Of a stretch of DNA of 64,000 nucleotides, positions 47,756-58,799 are shown piece after piece. The notes under the pieces were generated by a model. That model was not told the origin of the DNA. It did not search any database and saw only the letters and a list, made by a program, of their open reading frames with translations. The position numbers and the translations under genes are program-made. The DNA lies in NCBI GenBank assembly GCA_964444785.1, contig CAYUII010000001.1, positions 1,858 to 65,857 on the forward strand. Direction: 5' to 3'. Position 1 is the stretch's first letter. Each line of letters starts with the position of its first letter. The DNA comes from an uncultured Bacteroidales bacterium. Its GTDB lineage: Bacteria > Bacteroidota > Bacteroidia > Bacteroidales > TTA-H9.

Positions 47756-50700
47756 CTAATTTTTCACCTTAATACTATTTCCTTCAGATCTACCCGAGAA
47801 TGCTGGTGCATAGAGTGACTGTATTTCAGCTGGCCCGTCAGAAAAAGTACCAGCATGTGCAACTATAACTTCATATTCTATAGTTCTAGTTCCCTTATCA
47901 AGTCTATCAAAGAAGAATTGAGTTGCATTATCCTTAACCTCCTGATAATATCCTCGTCCTCCTTTCCATAAAAAGCCACTTCTTGAACCAGGTTCTAGGC
48001 CTGAAGCTCTTTGATCGGTAAGGGCGACAAAATCCATATCTCTATCTGTTGTAATAGTCAACTGAATCCTTAACCGATCTCCTTGTTTTAGAGGAGTACC
48101 TTTAGTAAGTTGGGAGGTAGCCGTTGAGGAATTACCCTTCATCAAAAAGATAGCTCTTTCAATCTTCACACCAGACTCAGATGACACAGCATGGCTTTGT
48201 TGTCCTTTGTATTTAATCCAAAGACTAGCCCAACCCATACCTGTTCCTTTACCTCTTATTTCAAGCCTCCACCGCTTAAGTTGATCCATGGAGGTTGGGT
48301 GTAGTTGAGCCTTGAACCATCCTGAGCCTGCCATAGAGGGAACCATTGATTCAAGCTTTTTCCCTTCTAAAGTTACCTCAGCAGTATTACCTAAATCTAT
48401 AATAGAAGAACCATTTAAGATAAAAGCATAGGCAATATCTGCATTTGAACTTCGAGATTCCCAACTTTGAGTTTGACGTTGAGCCAGTAACCATGACCTT
48501 ATCTTTTCGCTTATGCCCATATCAGCTTCCACTTCAATGATAGCTTCCAAAGCAAGAACTTGCGTTCTTAAAGGATCCTCATACCAATGGTAACCAGGGG
48601 TTTTCCTCCAGAAAATAAAGCCATCCTTATCAGATAAAGCCTTTGATTTTAAAGACTTGACAACTCTATGGGCAGTTATTTGGTCGCCAGCACGAGAGAA
48701 TACTACAGCAGCTGTGGCTTGAACAGCAGGATCAGCTTTTAAAACACCCATTTGAAGTTTGTTCAATAGCGATTTATACACCTTGGCCATATAAGGCTGA
48801 AGAGGGTATTCTTTCAACCAGAATGATCTAGCATAGAGATATTTGATCTCATCTGGATCAATCGTCGAAGATTTCACCTTATGAATGGAATCAAGCTTCC
48901 AAATCTCAACCATTCTACCATCAAGATAATTAATAGCCAATGAAACCATACGCTCAAGTGTAGGTTGAAGCTTGGGGTCTATGGCAGTCATCTTTTTCAT
49001 ACGACCCAATGTCTGAACAACCTCCTCTGTGAGATATTTTGAGTCTGCCATCCCTTCATACCAGCTGAATCCCCCATTTGCCAATTGAAGTTCCTTCAGC
49101 CTACGAAAAGCCTCTTCTGAAGAGATCTTTAGTTCCTCATCATTAAAGAAGGTGGTAATTTTCATAAAATCGTTACTCTCATCAATCGCCTCTTGAACCC
49201 AAGGGGTCTGATTATTAGTAAGAATTTTAACCTCCTCATTTTTTAAAAGAGGAGAGATATTTGCTTCATTATTAGACCAGGAACGAACAACATTCATTAT
49301 CGCAGGTTGAGATTTCATAAGTGAGAGACCCATGTTAGCGGCATAATAATTATTCAAAGCCAGATTCAACCCTTTGTTATCAACCGACTTAATCTGGGGT
49401 AACGCTTGGACCACAAACCATGCTGGATTCTCAATATACTCAACTGTAAGAGATGCCTCTTGTCCCTCTTTCCAGTCAACGCCAGAAGAGAGATCAGGCT
49501 GCCATAAAACCTGGCCTTTGATATTTTTCACCTGAGAACTAACGAACCATTTTCGCCCACTCAAGACAGGAATAATATTCTCTTCACCGTCAGAATGCGT
49601 CTCAGAACTAACCTTAGCTCTATAAACAATCATACCGGGATTCTCTGGTACTATCACTTTCCATGAAACAATTGTAGTGGCTCCGGGGTTAACCGAAATA
49701 GCTTTAGAAGAATCTGCCGGAGACCAATCTAGCGATTTCCCCGTGACAAGATCAACCAAAACAAAAGAGGCAATGGCATTAACAGGCTTATTTAAAAGAT
49801 TGACCACCTTAACAGGAATGGCTATCGTATCACCTCCTCTAAAATATCGTGGTAGTTGTGGCATTACCATCAATTGCCGTTGTGTTTTAACATAAAGATC
49901 AGTAATACCAAATGCTAAATCCTTCGTATGAGCAAATGCCAGAACATGCCAACTCGTCAATGACCCGGGTACCTTAAACGAGAACTCTACTTCACCCTCA
50001 TCGTTGGTTAGCAGATGCGGGAAAAAGAATGCGGTTTCCTGAAGATTCTTTCTCGTCATGTCATCATTGTCACTACGATAACTCTTATCCTTTCCAGAAA
50101 AAGGTAGAAATGACGCTTTACGAAAAAACTCTGCGTCATCCATTACTACTTCATTTTCCATTACTTCTTCACTGGAATCGAGAAGTATTGGTTCGCTAAC
50201 TCCTTCAGCTTTTCTGGCACTTGAAGCAAGCATCTTCCCACTCCGGAATATTCCAAAAGAACCGTAGAACTGATAATCGAACCAATTTAGGTATGGATGC
50301 AGATTCATAACTGGCGATTCAATAGAAACAGTATCTATAAAACGTTGATTAGTCCAACCGGTGGTAAATGCCAAACCGAGCCAATTTCTTAAAGGAAACC
50401 CTCTTTTATTAAAATACATCTCCCAAGAGTGTTTATCAAATTGATCAAGAGAGGCATCGTACATCCCAACAACCATTTCTGAAGGTAAGATCTGACCATC
50501 CTTTCGATTAATCTTAACACGCCAAGTTTCATTGCCCCCTGGCGTTAACATCGACCTATAGGTCATAAATCGAATATCGAGGGTGTTTTTTAACTCTTCT
50601 ACTTCCACTTTTGAGGAAGTTTCATAGAGATGGTTATTTCGAACCATAGCTATCGATATCGCAAATTTATCTCCCTCAGAAGAACTACAGGGTAATATCA

Positions 50701-53700
50701 TCTTCTCCTGCTTATTATCAATGACTATCCATCTATTATCAATCAAGGTGTCATTTCTGTAGATATTAATCAGAATATTGGCTTTCTTCTCGCTTGACCC
50801 TAGGAGGAACACAATAGGATCATTCGATTTTATGCGTTCCGATAACGGGACAAACCAAAACGGAAGTCTAGCGGGTAATAACTTAGAATTCTCATCATAT
50901 GCGATGATTCTCGATTCCCGAATCGCAGAATTCCCCGCTCCATCAGAAGCTTTAAGCCTTAATAGATAAGCACCAGGATGCTTTATGAGTTTATTTAAAT
51001 AAAGCAAGCTATCTTTTGATGTCACTAAGGAGAAGGAGGAGACATATGCTCCAACTGGCCAAAGGTTTAATTCTTCAGAGCCTCCATCATTAGGAAATAG
51101 CTTATTAAGATTCAAGTTCCAATAGCTAGAGTCGGGCTGATTTAACCGGTATAACTCAGCTGTAAAGTTTGATGGCACCGACTTCCCTGCCAGATTCACT
51201 ACCTTAACATTAACCGGATCCTTCCTGTTAATAACCACGTTATTTGGAATATTGGCTTCAATAAGAAGATTTTGTTTGGAAACAGCCAAGGTATAATCTC
51301 CTGTTTGAGTCTCTCCGGAAGGGTCAATAACATCAGCTGATACATCAAAATAATAAGTAAGATTATCACTATTCTTTAAGTTCTTATCAACGGTGGCATT
51401 AAAACGAATGGTGAACATTCCATCAGAATCAGTTATTGTTTCGCCATGGATTAGCTCGATGCCTTGGTCTTGAATCATAAAGCGGAAAAATGGCATCCAG
51501 ATTTTTCTTTTTACGGTATAAGAAACCTTGCCTCCACCGATGGGAAATCCCGAGAAAGCCTCAGCTTTACCATGTATTTCAACCTCATCACCCGGTTTAG
51601 GAACTCCTTCATAGGGGAAAAGATTAACAGCAAAAGAGGGTCTTTTGTAATCCTCAACTTGAATATGCACATATCCATTTAAGGAAGAAATTCGGTAATA
51701 CCCTGACATCAGATTCTGCGGTATAGTAAAGCTTCCGGAAAATGAGCCGTAACGATTGGTAATGAAGTCTTGATTATCTATTAATCTATTATTTGCATCA
51801 AAAAAAGAGACCTTCACAGAATGGTCAGAAAGAACCTCATACTTGTAATCCTTTTCTTTAAAGGAGATCCCTTTAAAAAAGACCTTTTGCCCGGGTCTAT
51901 AGATAGCTCTATCCGTGAAATATTTCTCACTTATATTATCTTTTGGGAAATCCGATATCTCCTTTCCGATATAATAGAAAGGACCTTTACCAAAATAATA
52001 ATCATTCCCATTGGTTAAAGAAACAAAAACACTTCTAGAACGGTCATTTTGTGGTAATTCAATTTTAATAAACCCACTCTTATCACTGATCTGAGAGGTT
52101 TGAGTATCAAAGCGATCTTGACTGGGCCATGCCGTTTGATAAGAAGAGAAGAGCGTAACTTCGACTCCGCTTTCAGGTTTTCCAGTACGTCGGTCGACAA
52201 CCACAAGTTTCTCAATATCACGAGCACTTTGAACCATCCAACCCAGATTGGTAACCTGGAAAAGAGACATTGCCACAGGAGATCCAATATCACCGAAACT
52301 GGAGGAAGTAGATGCCAGCAATAAGTAGGCTCCGATGGGTAACTCCTCAGTAGTAACTTTCTGTTCAGTTAACACCCATGGTGTTTCAGAAGGAAGAGGG
52401 GCCTTCCATTCTCTGATCGTTTTAAATTCGTTATAAGCTAATTTATTATCAAATCGGTAATTCAGATATATTCTTTGGAGATCTTCTTTTGAAAGTTCAA
52501 CAATTCTAAAATTTAATGTTTCACAATTCTTTCTTTTGACCCCAAAAGTAATTGGGTCTCCAGGCAGGTAGGTCTCAGGTGTTTGAATAGTTAACTCTGG
52601 CAAAGTGAGTTCATGCAGAAGTTGTCTACATTCAGCAGCCCCTCTACTTTGAGGAAATAGATGAATTACCTCAGAAGCCACGGTAGCCGCATCTGCCAGA
52701 TGACTATTTCTTATGACCGGATTATTAGCATTAATACCTTGCTGATAGATCGAGTTAGCCAACTCATACCCTGCACTCATACCAGCTGGGGCATTCTTAA
52801 AGGCACTATAAAGAGATTTAACACTTTCTCTATATAAAGAATCGCCAGAAATGACATTACCCCATTCTTTGGCCCATTTCAGACGATGAAGATCGATATC
52901 GATGAGGATATCGGGTTGTTTATCATTTAGATGATCTGATAACAACTGTCGATAAATTGATAGAGCCCTTAAAAAAAAGGGAGAGCCTTCATGATAGGCC
53001 ATTCTTGACAATGCAAAGGTTCTCGCCGGAGTGAACAAAAACGGTGTACCTGATTTCGCTTCTGCAGGAAGTTCAATCAGATTGCTTTCTCCTGAAGCAT
53101 AAAACATAAGCGCTCTTCCGGCTAAAACATCATAAAGAGAATAGACAGATCCCTTAACAGATAAGACATTTTTAAAAGCAGGAGCCCAGCTTTCCATTTT
53201 CTCAGCAGATAATAGTTCTTGATTATCGAGAGATGCAGAATAAGTACTATCTATCAGTTTTGATATTTGAGCTAAACTCCACTTTTCAGGTACCTCACCA
53301 GGTTTACCAAACGCAGTACGTTGGGTTATTTCATATTGATTAGCTCTAAAATAACTAAGATATAGTTCGGCTAAAGCACTTTTAATAATCTGAAGAGCTG
53401 GTTCAGGTAAGATCTTTAACTCTTTATTAAATGCAGTGATACTCTCTTCAAGGTGGCGTTCCTCGAAGTTACTTCTTAAGGCCTCTTTATACAACAGTGC
53501 TTTCACCCACTGTGGTTGATCCTTTTGCTCTCTAGCTTTATTCAAGATTAGGTCAACTAATTCCATTGCCTCTTTTGGCAAGCCCTCATCCTTCAGACTG
53601 TCTGCCTCGTGCCATAATTTTTCATAGTCGAATTTCCCATCTTTTAAACTAACCGATCGGAAGACCGTGGTAAATGACAAAGCAGCGATCAATGATGCAG

Positions 53701-53740
53701 ATACAACAATCATCAAAGCCAACAGATAGACTCTTTTCAT
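47756..53740 (-). CDS. Alpha-2-macroglobulin family protein, thioester-less
   Basis: 1994 aa with a signal peptide. MG-domain-like beta-sandwich repeats and a TED-like helical region (LQLANGGFSWYEG). There is no CxEQ anywhere in the translation. Confidence 0.88.
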   Translation of the reverse strand: MKRVYLLALMIVVSASLIAALSFTTVFRSVSLKDGKFDYEKLWHEADSLKDEGLPKEAMELVDLILNKAREQKDQPQWVKALLYKEALRSNFEERHLEESITAFNKELKILPEPALQIIKSALAELYLSYFRANQYEITQRTAFGKPGEVPEKWSLAQISKLIDSTYSASLDNQELLSAEKMESWAPAFKNVLSVKGSVYSLYDVLAGRALMFYASGESNLIELPAEAKSGTPFLFTPARTFALSRMAYHEGSPFFLRALSIYRQLLSDHLNDKQPDILIDIDLHRLKWAKEWGNVISGDSLYRESVKSLYSAFKNAPAGMSAGYELANSIYQQGINANNPVIRNSHLADAATVASEVIHLFPQSRGAAECRQLLHELTLPELTIQTPETYLPGDPITFGVKRKNCETLNFRIVELSKEDLQRIYLNYRFDNKLAYNEFKTIREWKAPLPSETPWVLTEQKVTTEELPIGAYLLLASTSSSFGDIGSPVAMSLFQVTNLGWMVQSARDIEKLVVVDRRTGKPESGVEVTLFSSYQTAWPSQDRFDTQTSQISDKSGFIKIELPQNDRSRSVFVSLTNGNDYYFGKGPFYYIGKEISDFPKDNISEKYFTDRAIYRPGQKVFFKGISFKEKDYKYEVLSDHSVKVSFFDANNRLIDNQDFITNRYGSFSGSFTIPQNLMSGYYRISSLNGYVHIQVEDYKRPSFAVNLFPYEGVPKPGDEVEIHGKAEAFSGFPIGGGKVSYTVKRKIWMPFFRFMIQDQGIELIHGETITDSDGMFTIRFNATVDKNLKNSDNLTYYFDVSADVIDPSGETQTGDYTLAVSKQNLLIEANIPNNVVINRKDPVNVKVVNLAGKSVPSNFTAELYRLNQPDSSYWNLNLNKLFPNDGGSEELNLWPVGAYVSSFSLVTSKDSLLYLNKLIKHPGAYLLRLKASDGAGNSAIRESRIIAYDENSKLLPARLPFWFVPLSERIKSNDPIVFLLGSSEKKANILINIYRNDTLIDNRWIVIDNKQEKMILPCSSSEGDKFAISIAMVRNNHLYETSSKVEVEELKNTLDIRFMTYRSMLTPGGNETWRVKINRKDGQILPSEMVVGMYDASLDQFDKHSWEMYFNKRGFPLRNWLGLAFTTGWTNQRFIDTVSIESPVMNLHPYLNWFDYQFYGSFGIFRSGKMLASSARKAEGVSEPILLDSSEEVMENEVVMDDAEFFRKASFLPFSGKDKSYRSDNDDMTRKNLQETAFFFPHLLTNDEGEVEFSFKVPGSLTSWHVLAFAHTKDLAFGITDLYVKTQRQLMVMPQLPRYFRGGDTIAIPVKVVNLLNKPVNAIASFVLVDLVTGKSLDWSPADSSKAISVNPGATTIVSWKVIVPENPGMIVYRAKVSSETHSDGEENIIPVLSGRKWFVSSQVKNIKGQVLWQPDLSSGVDWKEGQEASLTVEYIENPAWFVVQALPQIKSVDNKGLNLALNNYYAANMGLSLMKSQPAIMNVVRSWSNNEANISPLLKNEEVKILTNNQTPWVQEAIDESNDFMKITTFFNDEELKISSEEAFRRLKELQLANGGFSWYEGMADSKYLTEEVVQTLGRMKKMTAIDPKLQPTLERMVSLAINYLDGRMVEIWKLDSIHKVKSSTIDPDEIKYLYARSFWLKEYPLQPYMAKVYKSLLNKLQMGVLKADPAVQATAAVVFSRAGDQITAHRVVKSLKSKALSDKDGFIFWRKTPGYHWYEDPLRTQVLALEAIIEVEADMGISEKIRSWLLAQRQTQSWESRSSNADIAYAFILNGSSIIDLGNTAEVTLEGKKLESMVPSMAGSGWFKAQLHPTSMDQLKRWRLEIRGKGTGMGWASLWIKYKGQQSHAVSSESGVKIERAIFLMKGNSSTATSQLTKGTPLKQGDRLRIQLTITTDRDMDFVALTDQRASGLEPGSRSGFLWKGGRGYYQEVKDNATQFFFDRLDKGTRTIEYEVIVAHAGTFSDGPAEIQSLYAPAFSGRSEGNSIKVKN

Positions 53741-53826
53741 AGACTCAGGTGTTGTTTGTGTTATTAAGAGTAATTATTTATGTCAAATCTTATTAAGCCC
53801 AAGATGTCTAAAAACCCTTTTTATGG

Positions 53827-53834
53827 TAATTTTG
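53827..53834 (+). promoter_or_regulatory. Bacteroidota -7 promoter box
   Basis: TAATTTTG lies 59 nt upstream of the ATG at 53894. Confidence 0.4.
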
Positions 53835-53893
53835 CATTCGGAAGGCTCTAATTCATTACGAAGTTACCGCATATTTTATTCAAATACCACGCC

Positions 53894-54247
53894 ATGCTTA
53901 CTATATATCACTACCCAAAATGTAAAACCTCAAGATCTGGGTTAAACTATCTAGAGACTATAACCAAAGAGTTTCAAACCAGACTCTTTCACACAGAGCC
54001 ATTGACCGAAAAAGAGATAGAGAAACTTCTCCAAAAATTAAACATCGAACCTCAAGAGTTAGTTCGGAAGAACGACCCGTACTTCAAACAAAGATTAAAG
54101 GGATTGAGCTTTAATCGACAAGAATGGATAAAAATATTGGCTCAACAACCCTCGCTCATTAGAAGGCCAATCATTGAATCAGAGTATAAAGCTGTTATCG
54201 GAGATCACTTGGAAAACATCGATCTGATTATCGGCAATAATAAATAA
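53894..54247 (+). CDS. ArsC/Spx/YffB family thioredoxin-fold protein
   Basis: 117 aa. N-terminal [11 protein letters not shown] motif and C-terminal LIRRPII. Confidence 0.85.
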   Translation: MLTIYHYPKCKTSRSGLNYLETITKEFQTRLFHTEPLTEKEIEKLLQKLNIEPQELVRKNDPYFKQRLKGLSFNRQEWIKILAQQPSLIRRPIIESEYKAVIGDHLENIDLIIGNNK

Positions 54248-54258
54248 TTAATAAGATC

Positions 54259-55653
54259 ATGAAGACACGTATTGAGAATGACACGATGGGACCTGTAGAG
54301 GTTCCCGCTGATAAATACTGGGGAGCGCAAACCGAACGCTCTCGCAATAACTTCCGTATTGGACCGGAAGGGTCAATGCCAAGGGAAGTAATTCATGCGT
54401 TTGCTTATTTAAAAAAGGCTGCAGCATTAGCAAACTATGATTTAGGAGTTCTTTCCTTTGAGAAAAAAGAGTTGATTAGTAAGGTGTGTGATGAAATTCA
54501 CGAAGGAAAACTTGATGATCAATTCCCTCTTGTTATCTGGCAAACCGGGTCTGGTACACAGAGTAACATGAATGTCAATGAAGTTGTTAGTAATCGTGCT
54601 CACGTAATTGCAGGAGGAAAGCTAGGGGAAGGGAAATCGCCAATCCATCCTAACGATGATGTAAACAAATCACAATCATCCAATGATACGTTTCCAACTG
54701 CCATGCATATTGCAGCCTACAAGCTCATTATAGAAAATACCATTCCTGGGGTAGAACTGCTTCGCAACACTCTCGATGCAAAAGCTAAAGAATTTGCTGG
54801 CGTAGTGAAAACAGGAAGAACCCATCTTATGGATGCAACTCCTTTAACCCTAGGACAAGAGTTTTCTGGTTATGTTGCACAGCTAGATCATGGGTTACGT
54901 GCATTAAAGAATACTTTGCCTCATCTAGCAGAGTTAGCCTTGGGTGGCACCGCAGTTGGCACTGGTCTTAACACCCCAAAAGGATATGATGTGGTTGTAG
55001 CAAAGAAGATTGCAGAATTAACCGGATTACCATTTATAACCGCACCCAATAAATTTGAGTCTCTTTCAGCTCACGATGCCTTGGTTGAGACCAGTGGAGC
55101 CCTAAAACAGCTTGCAGTTAGCCTAATGCATATCGCTAACAACATTAGACTTTTGGCTTCAGGCCCAAGATGTTCTATAGGTGAACTCATGCTCCCCGAA
55201 AACGAACCGGGTAGCTCAATTATGCCAGGAAAAGTAAATCCAACACAAAATGAATCCTTAACCATGATTGCTGCCCAAGTGATTGGGAACGACGCTGCAA
55301 TCACTGTAGCCGGAACGCATGGACATTTCCAGCTTAATGTATTTAAACCTGTTATGATAGCGAACCTCCTCCAATCAGCTAGATTAATTGGCGAGGGTTG
55401 TGTTTCATTCAACGATCATTGCGCAATTGGAATTGAACCAAATTATGCCAATATTAAGAAAAACATGGAAAACAGCTTAATGCTTGTTACTTCATTAAAT
55501 ACACATATTGGCTACGAGAATGCAGCAAAGATTGCAAAAAAAGCCCATAAGGAGGGAACCACTCTTAAAGAGGCAGCTCTTTCACTTGGATTAGTAAGCA
55601 GTGAAGACTTCGACAAATGGGTTGACCCATCTAAAATGACTGGAAGCTTATAA
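54259..55653 (+). CDS. fumC: Class II fumarate hydratase
   Basis: Signature [13 protein letters not shown], plus [11 protein letters not shown] and [14 protein letters not shown]. Confidence 0.96.
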   Translation: MKTRIENDTMGPVEVPADKYWGAQTERSRNNFRIGPEGSMPREVIHAFAYLKKAAALANYDLGVLSFEKKELISKVCDEIHEGKLDDQFPLVIWQTGSGTQSNMNVNEVVSNRAHVIAGGKLGEGKSPIHPNDDVNKSQSSNDTFPTAMHIAAYKLIIENTIPGVELLRNTLDAKAKEFAGVVKTGRTHLMDATPLTLGQEFSGYVAQLDHGLRALKNTLPHLAELALGGTAVGTGLNTPKGYDVVVAKKIAELTGLPFITAPNKFESLSAHDALVETSGALKQLAVSLMHIANNIRLLASGPRCSIGELMLPENEPGSSIMPGKVNPTQNESLTMIAAQVIGNDAAITVAGTHGHFQLNVFKPVMIANLLQSARLIGEGCVSFNDHCAIGIEPNYANIKKNMENSLMLVTSLNTHIGYENAAKIAKKAHKEGTTLKEAALSLGLVSSEDFDKWVDPSKMTGSL

Positions 55654-55666
55654 ACACCTCAAATAA

Positions 55667-55702
55667 CAAAAAATCCCCAGCACTCTTGCGGGGATTTTTT
55701 TT
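55667..55702 (+). terminator. Intrinsic terminator of fumC
   Basis: Stem aaaatcccc/ggggatttt followed by a T-run. Confidence 0.85.
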
Positions 55703-55879
55703 GTTATCAGATAAACCTTGTGTAACAGTAAAGAATGTTCTATAAAAAAACGGGTTTGTCGTGGCAAATATAATCAGCAAATTGCTTTTATTAACAATTT
55801 TGTAAAAAAAAGTTAACGTTTTCTCAGCATAAGGTTCTTTCTGCAAACACAAAACAATCTAAATTAATGAGTTAAATAC

Positions 55880-55914
55880 AAAGGCTGGCCTTTCAATCAG
55901 AAAGACCAGCCTTT
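55880..55914 (-). terminator. Hairpin terminator downstream of the LiaF-like gene
   Basis: Stem aaaggctgg/ccagccttt plus an inner cttt c/gaaag extension, followed on the minus strand by tgtattt. Confidence 0.65.
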
Positions 55915-55957
55915 CATTCATCCAACTCTATTAACAAATCAGAAAAGGTAAAATCAA

Positions 55958-56884
55958 CTAATACCTCTCTATCTTTATATCTGATACTGCAGCTTCAGAT
56001 TTAATGTAAACTTTCTTTCCTGAAGTGGCAAATCCAGGTGTTCTATATAGTCCTGATTCTATTTTATCAAACCCATCAAAACTTCTTCCGCTAAGAACAC
56101 TTTCCGTACGCAATTCACAACCGCTCCCCTTTGGAACAGCGATCTTAATAGATGAAACACCAACTTCAATATCTATATCAGTAGTATCACTTAAAGCACC
56201 AAACTTAAGCTCAACTGAAGAAGCACCACCTTCAAGATCAAAGGTACGAACCTTAAAATGTGACATGTCCATATTTATACTAGCTGCACCGGCATCTATG
56301 CTAATATCCCAGATTGGGGCATCGTTAAGCTTCAGTCCGGCCTCATTGTGACTTGAACCAGACCTAACAGTAACTCCTTCAAGTCCAATGTGAATAACCT
56401 TTACTGTATCACCATCCTTTTGGGTATCAAAAAGATAGGGGCCAATATTCCCATCACTTTTAAACCAGACCAGTTTAGAAGTTGTATCAGCCAAATAGAA
56501 TCGTCCTGCGGCTGCTTCCAGCTCAAGTTTAACTCTCTTTACTGAAGGGGATGCCGGCAGATCAAAGGTGGTTGAATAGATGGTCGAATCCCTATCATCA
56601 TCATTAATACTCCAGTTCCCATCATTAAAATCAAATGACCACAAGCCCCTACGTTCAGGATAGGTAAGCATAAGAATCACCGCAAGAACGAGAACACCTA
56701 AAGACCCAAGGAGTTTGGCCACCGGCTTAACCGGTAACATTGAGATACCCCAAAGAATTAACAAAAGAGGCCACAACGAGAAGATAGCAGACCATTCAAA
56801 GTGAATGACATCAAAATTTCTTAATGCATATAGCGATCCTATAGTAAGTAATAAGACGCCCCAGAAAACATTTCTATATTTCAT
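55958..56884 (-). CDS. LiaF/toast-rack-like membrane protein
   Basis: N-terminal multi-TM region (FWGVLLLTIGSLYAL, WPLLLILWGISML) and a C-terminal beta-rich repeat domain. Overlaps the pspC-domain gene by 4 nt. Confidence 0.6.
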   Translation of the reverse strand: MKYRNVFWGVLLLTIGSLYALRNFDVIHFEWSAIFSLWPLLLILWGISMLPVKPVAKLLGSLGVLVLAVILMLTYPERRGLWSFDFNDGNWSINDDDRDSTIYSTTFDLPASPSVKRVKLELEAAAGRFYLADTTSKLVWFKSDGNIGPYLFDTQKDGDTVKVIHIGLEGVTVRSGSSHNEAGLKLNDAPIWDISIDAGAASINMDMSHFKVRTFDLEGGASSVELKFGALSDTTDIDIEVGVSSIKIAVPKGSGCELRTESVLSGRSFDGFDKIESGLYRTPGFATSGKKVYIKSEAAVSDIKIERY

Positions 56885-57384
56885 GATTTCTGATTTTTAT
56901 TGATTTGATAATAATTTCGGAGTAATAATCCTCCCGCAACAATTAGTAAAAAAGGCCATAAGTCAGAAAAATCAATGGAGGGGATGTAATCAGAGATTAA
57001 AAACATGGCTCCAAAGCTTATCAAGACTACACCAGCAATTAAATTACCATTCTCTCTTCTTCGCATCTTTGCATTTTGCATCGTTTCAAATAAGTTATCA
57101 CTGCCTGATTCCGACTCCTCTGGATCCTTTTCAAAATCATTATACCCAGTGTTAGCATTTGCTGGATCAGGTTGCCCTTGATTAAAATAAGGCAATGGAC
57201 TTAGGGGCAAAACGATCCATAAGACGACATAAAGCCAGAACCCGGTACCCCATGCAATCACTGCAAGAATGAAAAGAAATCGAACCAGAGAACTGTCTAT
57301 TGAGAAATAGTCTGCCAGACCACCTGCTACCCCGCCCAACATCTTGTCGGTACGGCTTCGGTAAAGTTTCCTGTAAGGTTTCAT
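56881..57384 (-). CDS. PspC domain-containing membrane protein
   Basis: KLYRSRTDKMLGGVAGGLADYFSIDSSLVRFLFIL is the canonical PspC domain. Additional TM helices follow. Confidence 0.85.
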   Translation of the reverse strand: MKPYRKLYRSRTDKMLGGVAGGLADYFSIDSSLVRFLFILAVIAWGTGFWLYVVLWIVLPLSPLPYFNQGQPDPANANTGYNDFEKDPEESESGSDNLFETMQNAKMRRRENGNLIAGVVLISFGAMFLISDYIPSIDFSDLWPFLLIVAGGLLLRNYYQINKNQKS

Positions 57385-57548
57385 AACGTTGTCATTTTAG
57401 ATTCTTGACTCTTTGACGCATCCCTTTCATCTTGGTTACACAAAATGTCTTTCCTCTTTTTTTAGAAGTAAAATGAACAAAACGCCCCCTTTTTCTATCT
57501 ATAATAGATAGTAAAACAAGTTAAAACGTCCAAAATTTTCTCCTTACT

Positions 57549-58787
57549 ATGGCAAAGATCAAAGTCAACCGGCCAATTGTAGAACTTGATGGTGATGAGA
57601 TGACACGAATCATCTGGAAGATGATAAAAGAAAAGCTAATCTTTCCTTATCTGGATCTTCCCATCGAATACTATGACTTAGGTATAGAGCACAGAGATGC
57701 TACAAATGATCAGGTAACCATTGATGCTGCTCATGCAATCCTAAAGCATAATGTGGGTATTAAATGTGCAACCATTACGCCAGATGAAAAAAGAGTTGAG
57801 GAATTTAGCCTTAAGGCTATGTATAAATCGCCTAATGGAACCATAAGGAATATCCTTAATGGCACTGTCTTTAGAGAGCCTATTGTGATCAATAATATTC
57901 CCCGACTTGTACCGAACTGGACAACACCTATGGTTATTGGTCGTCATGCCTTTGGAGATCAATATCGGGCAACTGATTTTAAAACCAAAGGGAAAGGGCT
58001 TTTAACGATTACTTTCACTCCTGATAATGGAGAACCTCAAACGCATAAGGTTTATCAATTTGAAGATGATGGGGTGGCCTTAGCAATGTTTAATACCGAT
58101 GAATCCATAAGAGGCTTTGCCTATTCCTGTTTTAATATGGCATTAGCAAAGAAATGGCCTTTATACTTAAGCACTAAAAACACCATCCTTAAACAATATG
58201 ATGGTCGCTTCAAAGATATCTTTCAAGAAATATTTGAAAATGAGTTCATCGAGAAGTTTAATGAAGCCGGAATTACCTATGAACACCGTTTAATTGACGA
58301 TATGGTTGCTGCAGCTTTAAAGTGGAACGGAGGGTTTGTTTGGGCTACAAAAAACTACGACGGGGATGTACAAAGTGACACTCTGGCTCAAGGTTTTGGA
58401 TCATTAGGGTTGATGACTTCGGTGCTCGTTACTCCTGATGGAAAAACGGTTGAAGCAGAAGCAGCACATGGTACAGTAACCCGTCACTTCCGTGACCACC
58501 AAAAAGGTAAAGCCACTAGTACAAACCCAATTGCCAGTATTTATGCTTGGACCAGAGGACTGGCGCACCGTGCTAAGCTCGATGAAAATCCTCAACTGTT
58601 GCTCTTTTGTGATACTCTTGAGCAAGTTTGTGTCGAAACAGTTCAAGCAGGGATCATGACTAAAGATCTTGCACTGCTTATTCATAATGAAAAACTTGAA
58701 TCTTCTCATTACTTGCATACAGAACCGTTCCTGGATGCAATAAAAGGCAGACTTGACGTAGCTTTAAAAAACCACAATATTTTATAA
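57549..58787 (+). CDS. icd: NADP-dependent isocitrate dehydrogenase, eukaryotic-like homodimeric type
   Basis: Near-collinear with human IDH1: [76 protein letters not shown]. Confidence 0.96.
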   Translation: MAKIKVNRPIVELDGDEMTRIIWKMIKEKLIFPYLDLPIEYYDLGIEHRDATNDQVTIDAAHAILKHNVGIKCATITPDEKRVEEFSLKAMYKSPNGTIRNILNGTVFREPIVINNIPRLVPNWTTPMVIGRHAFGDQYRATDFKTKGKGLLTITFTPDNGEPQTHKVYQFEDDGVALAMFNTDESIRGFAYSCFNMALAKKWPLYLSTKNTILKQYDGRFKDIFQEIFENEFIEKFNEAGITYEHRLIDDMVAAALKWNGGFVWATKNYDGDVQSDTLAQGFGSLGLMTSVLVTPDGKTVEAEAAHGTVTRHFRDHQKGKATSTNPIASIYAWTRGLAHRAKLDENPQLLLFCDTLEQVCVETVQAGIMTKDLALLIHNEKLESSHYLHTEPFLDAIKGRLDVALKNHNIL

Positions 58788-58799
58788 CCCCACTCTACC

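Noticed and set aside
49677-52324. Short ORFs overlapping the alpha-2-macroglobulin gene
   Set aside because: These are shadows of the 1994-aa CDS.
55631-55852. 73-aa minus-strand ORF
   Set aside because: It spans the fumC stop codon and terminator hairpin, and its composition is implausible.
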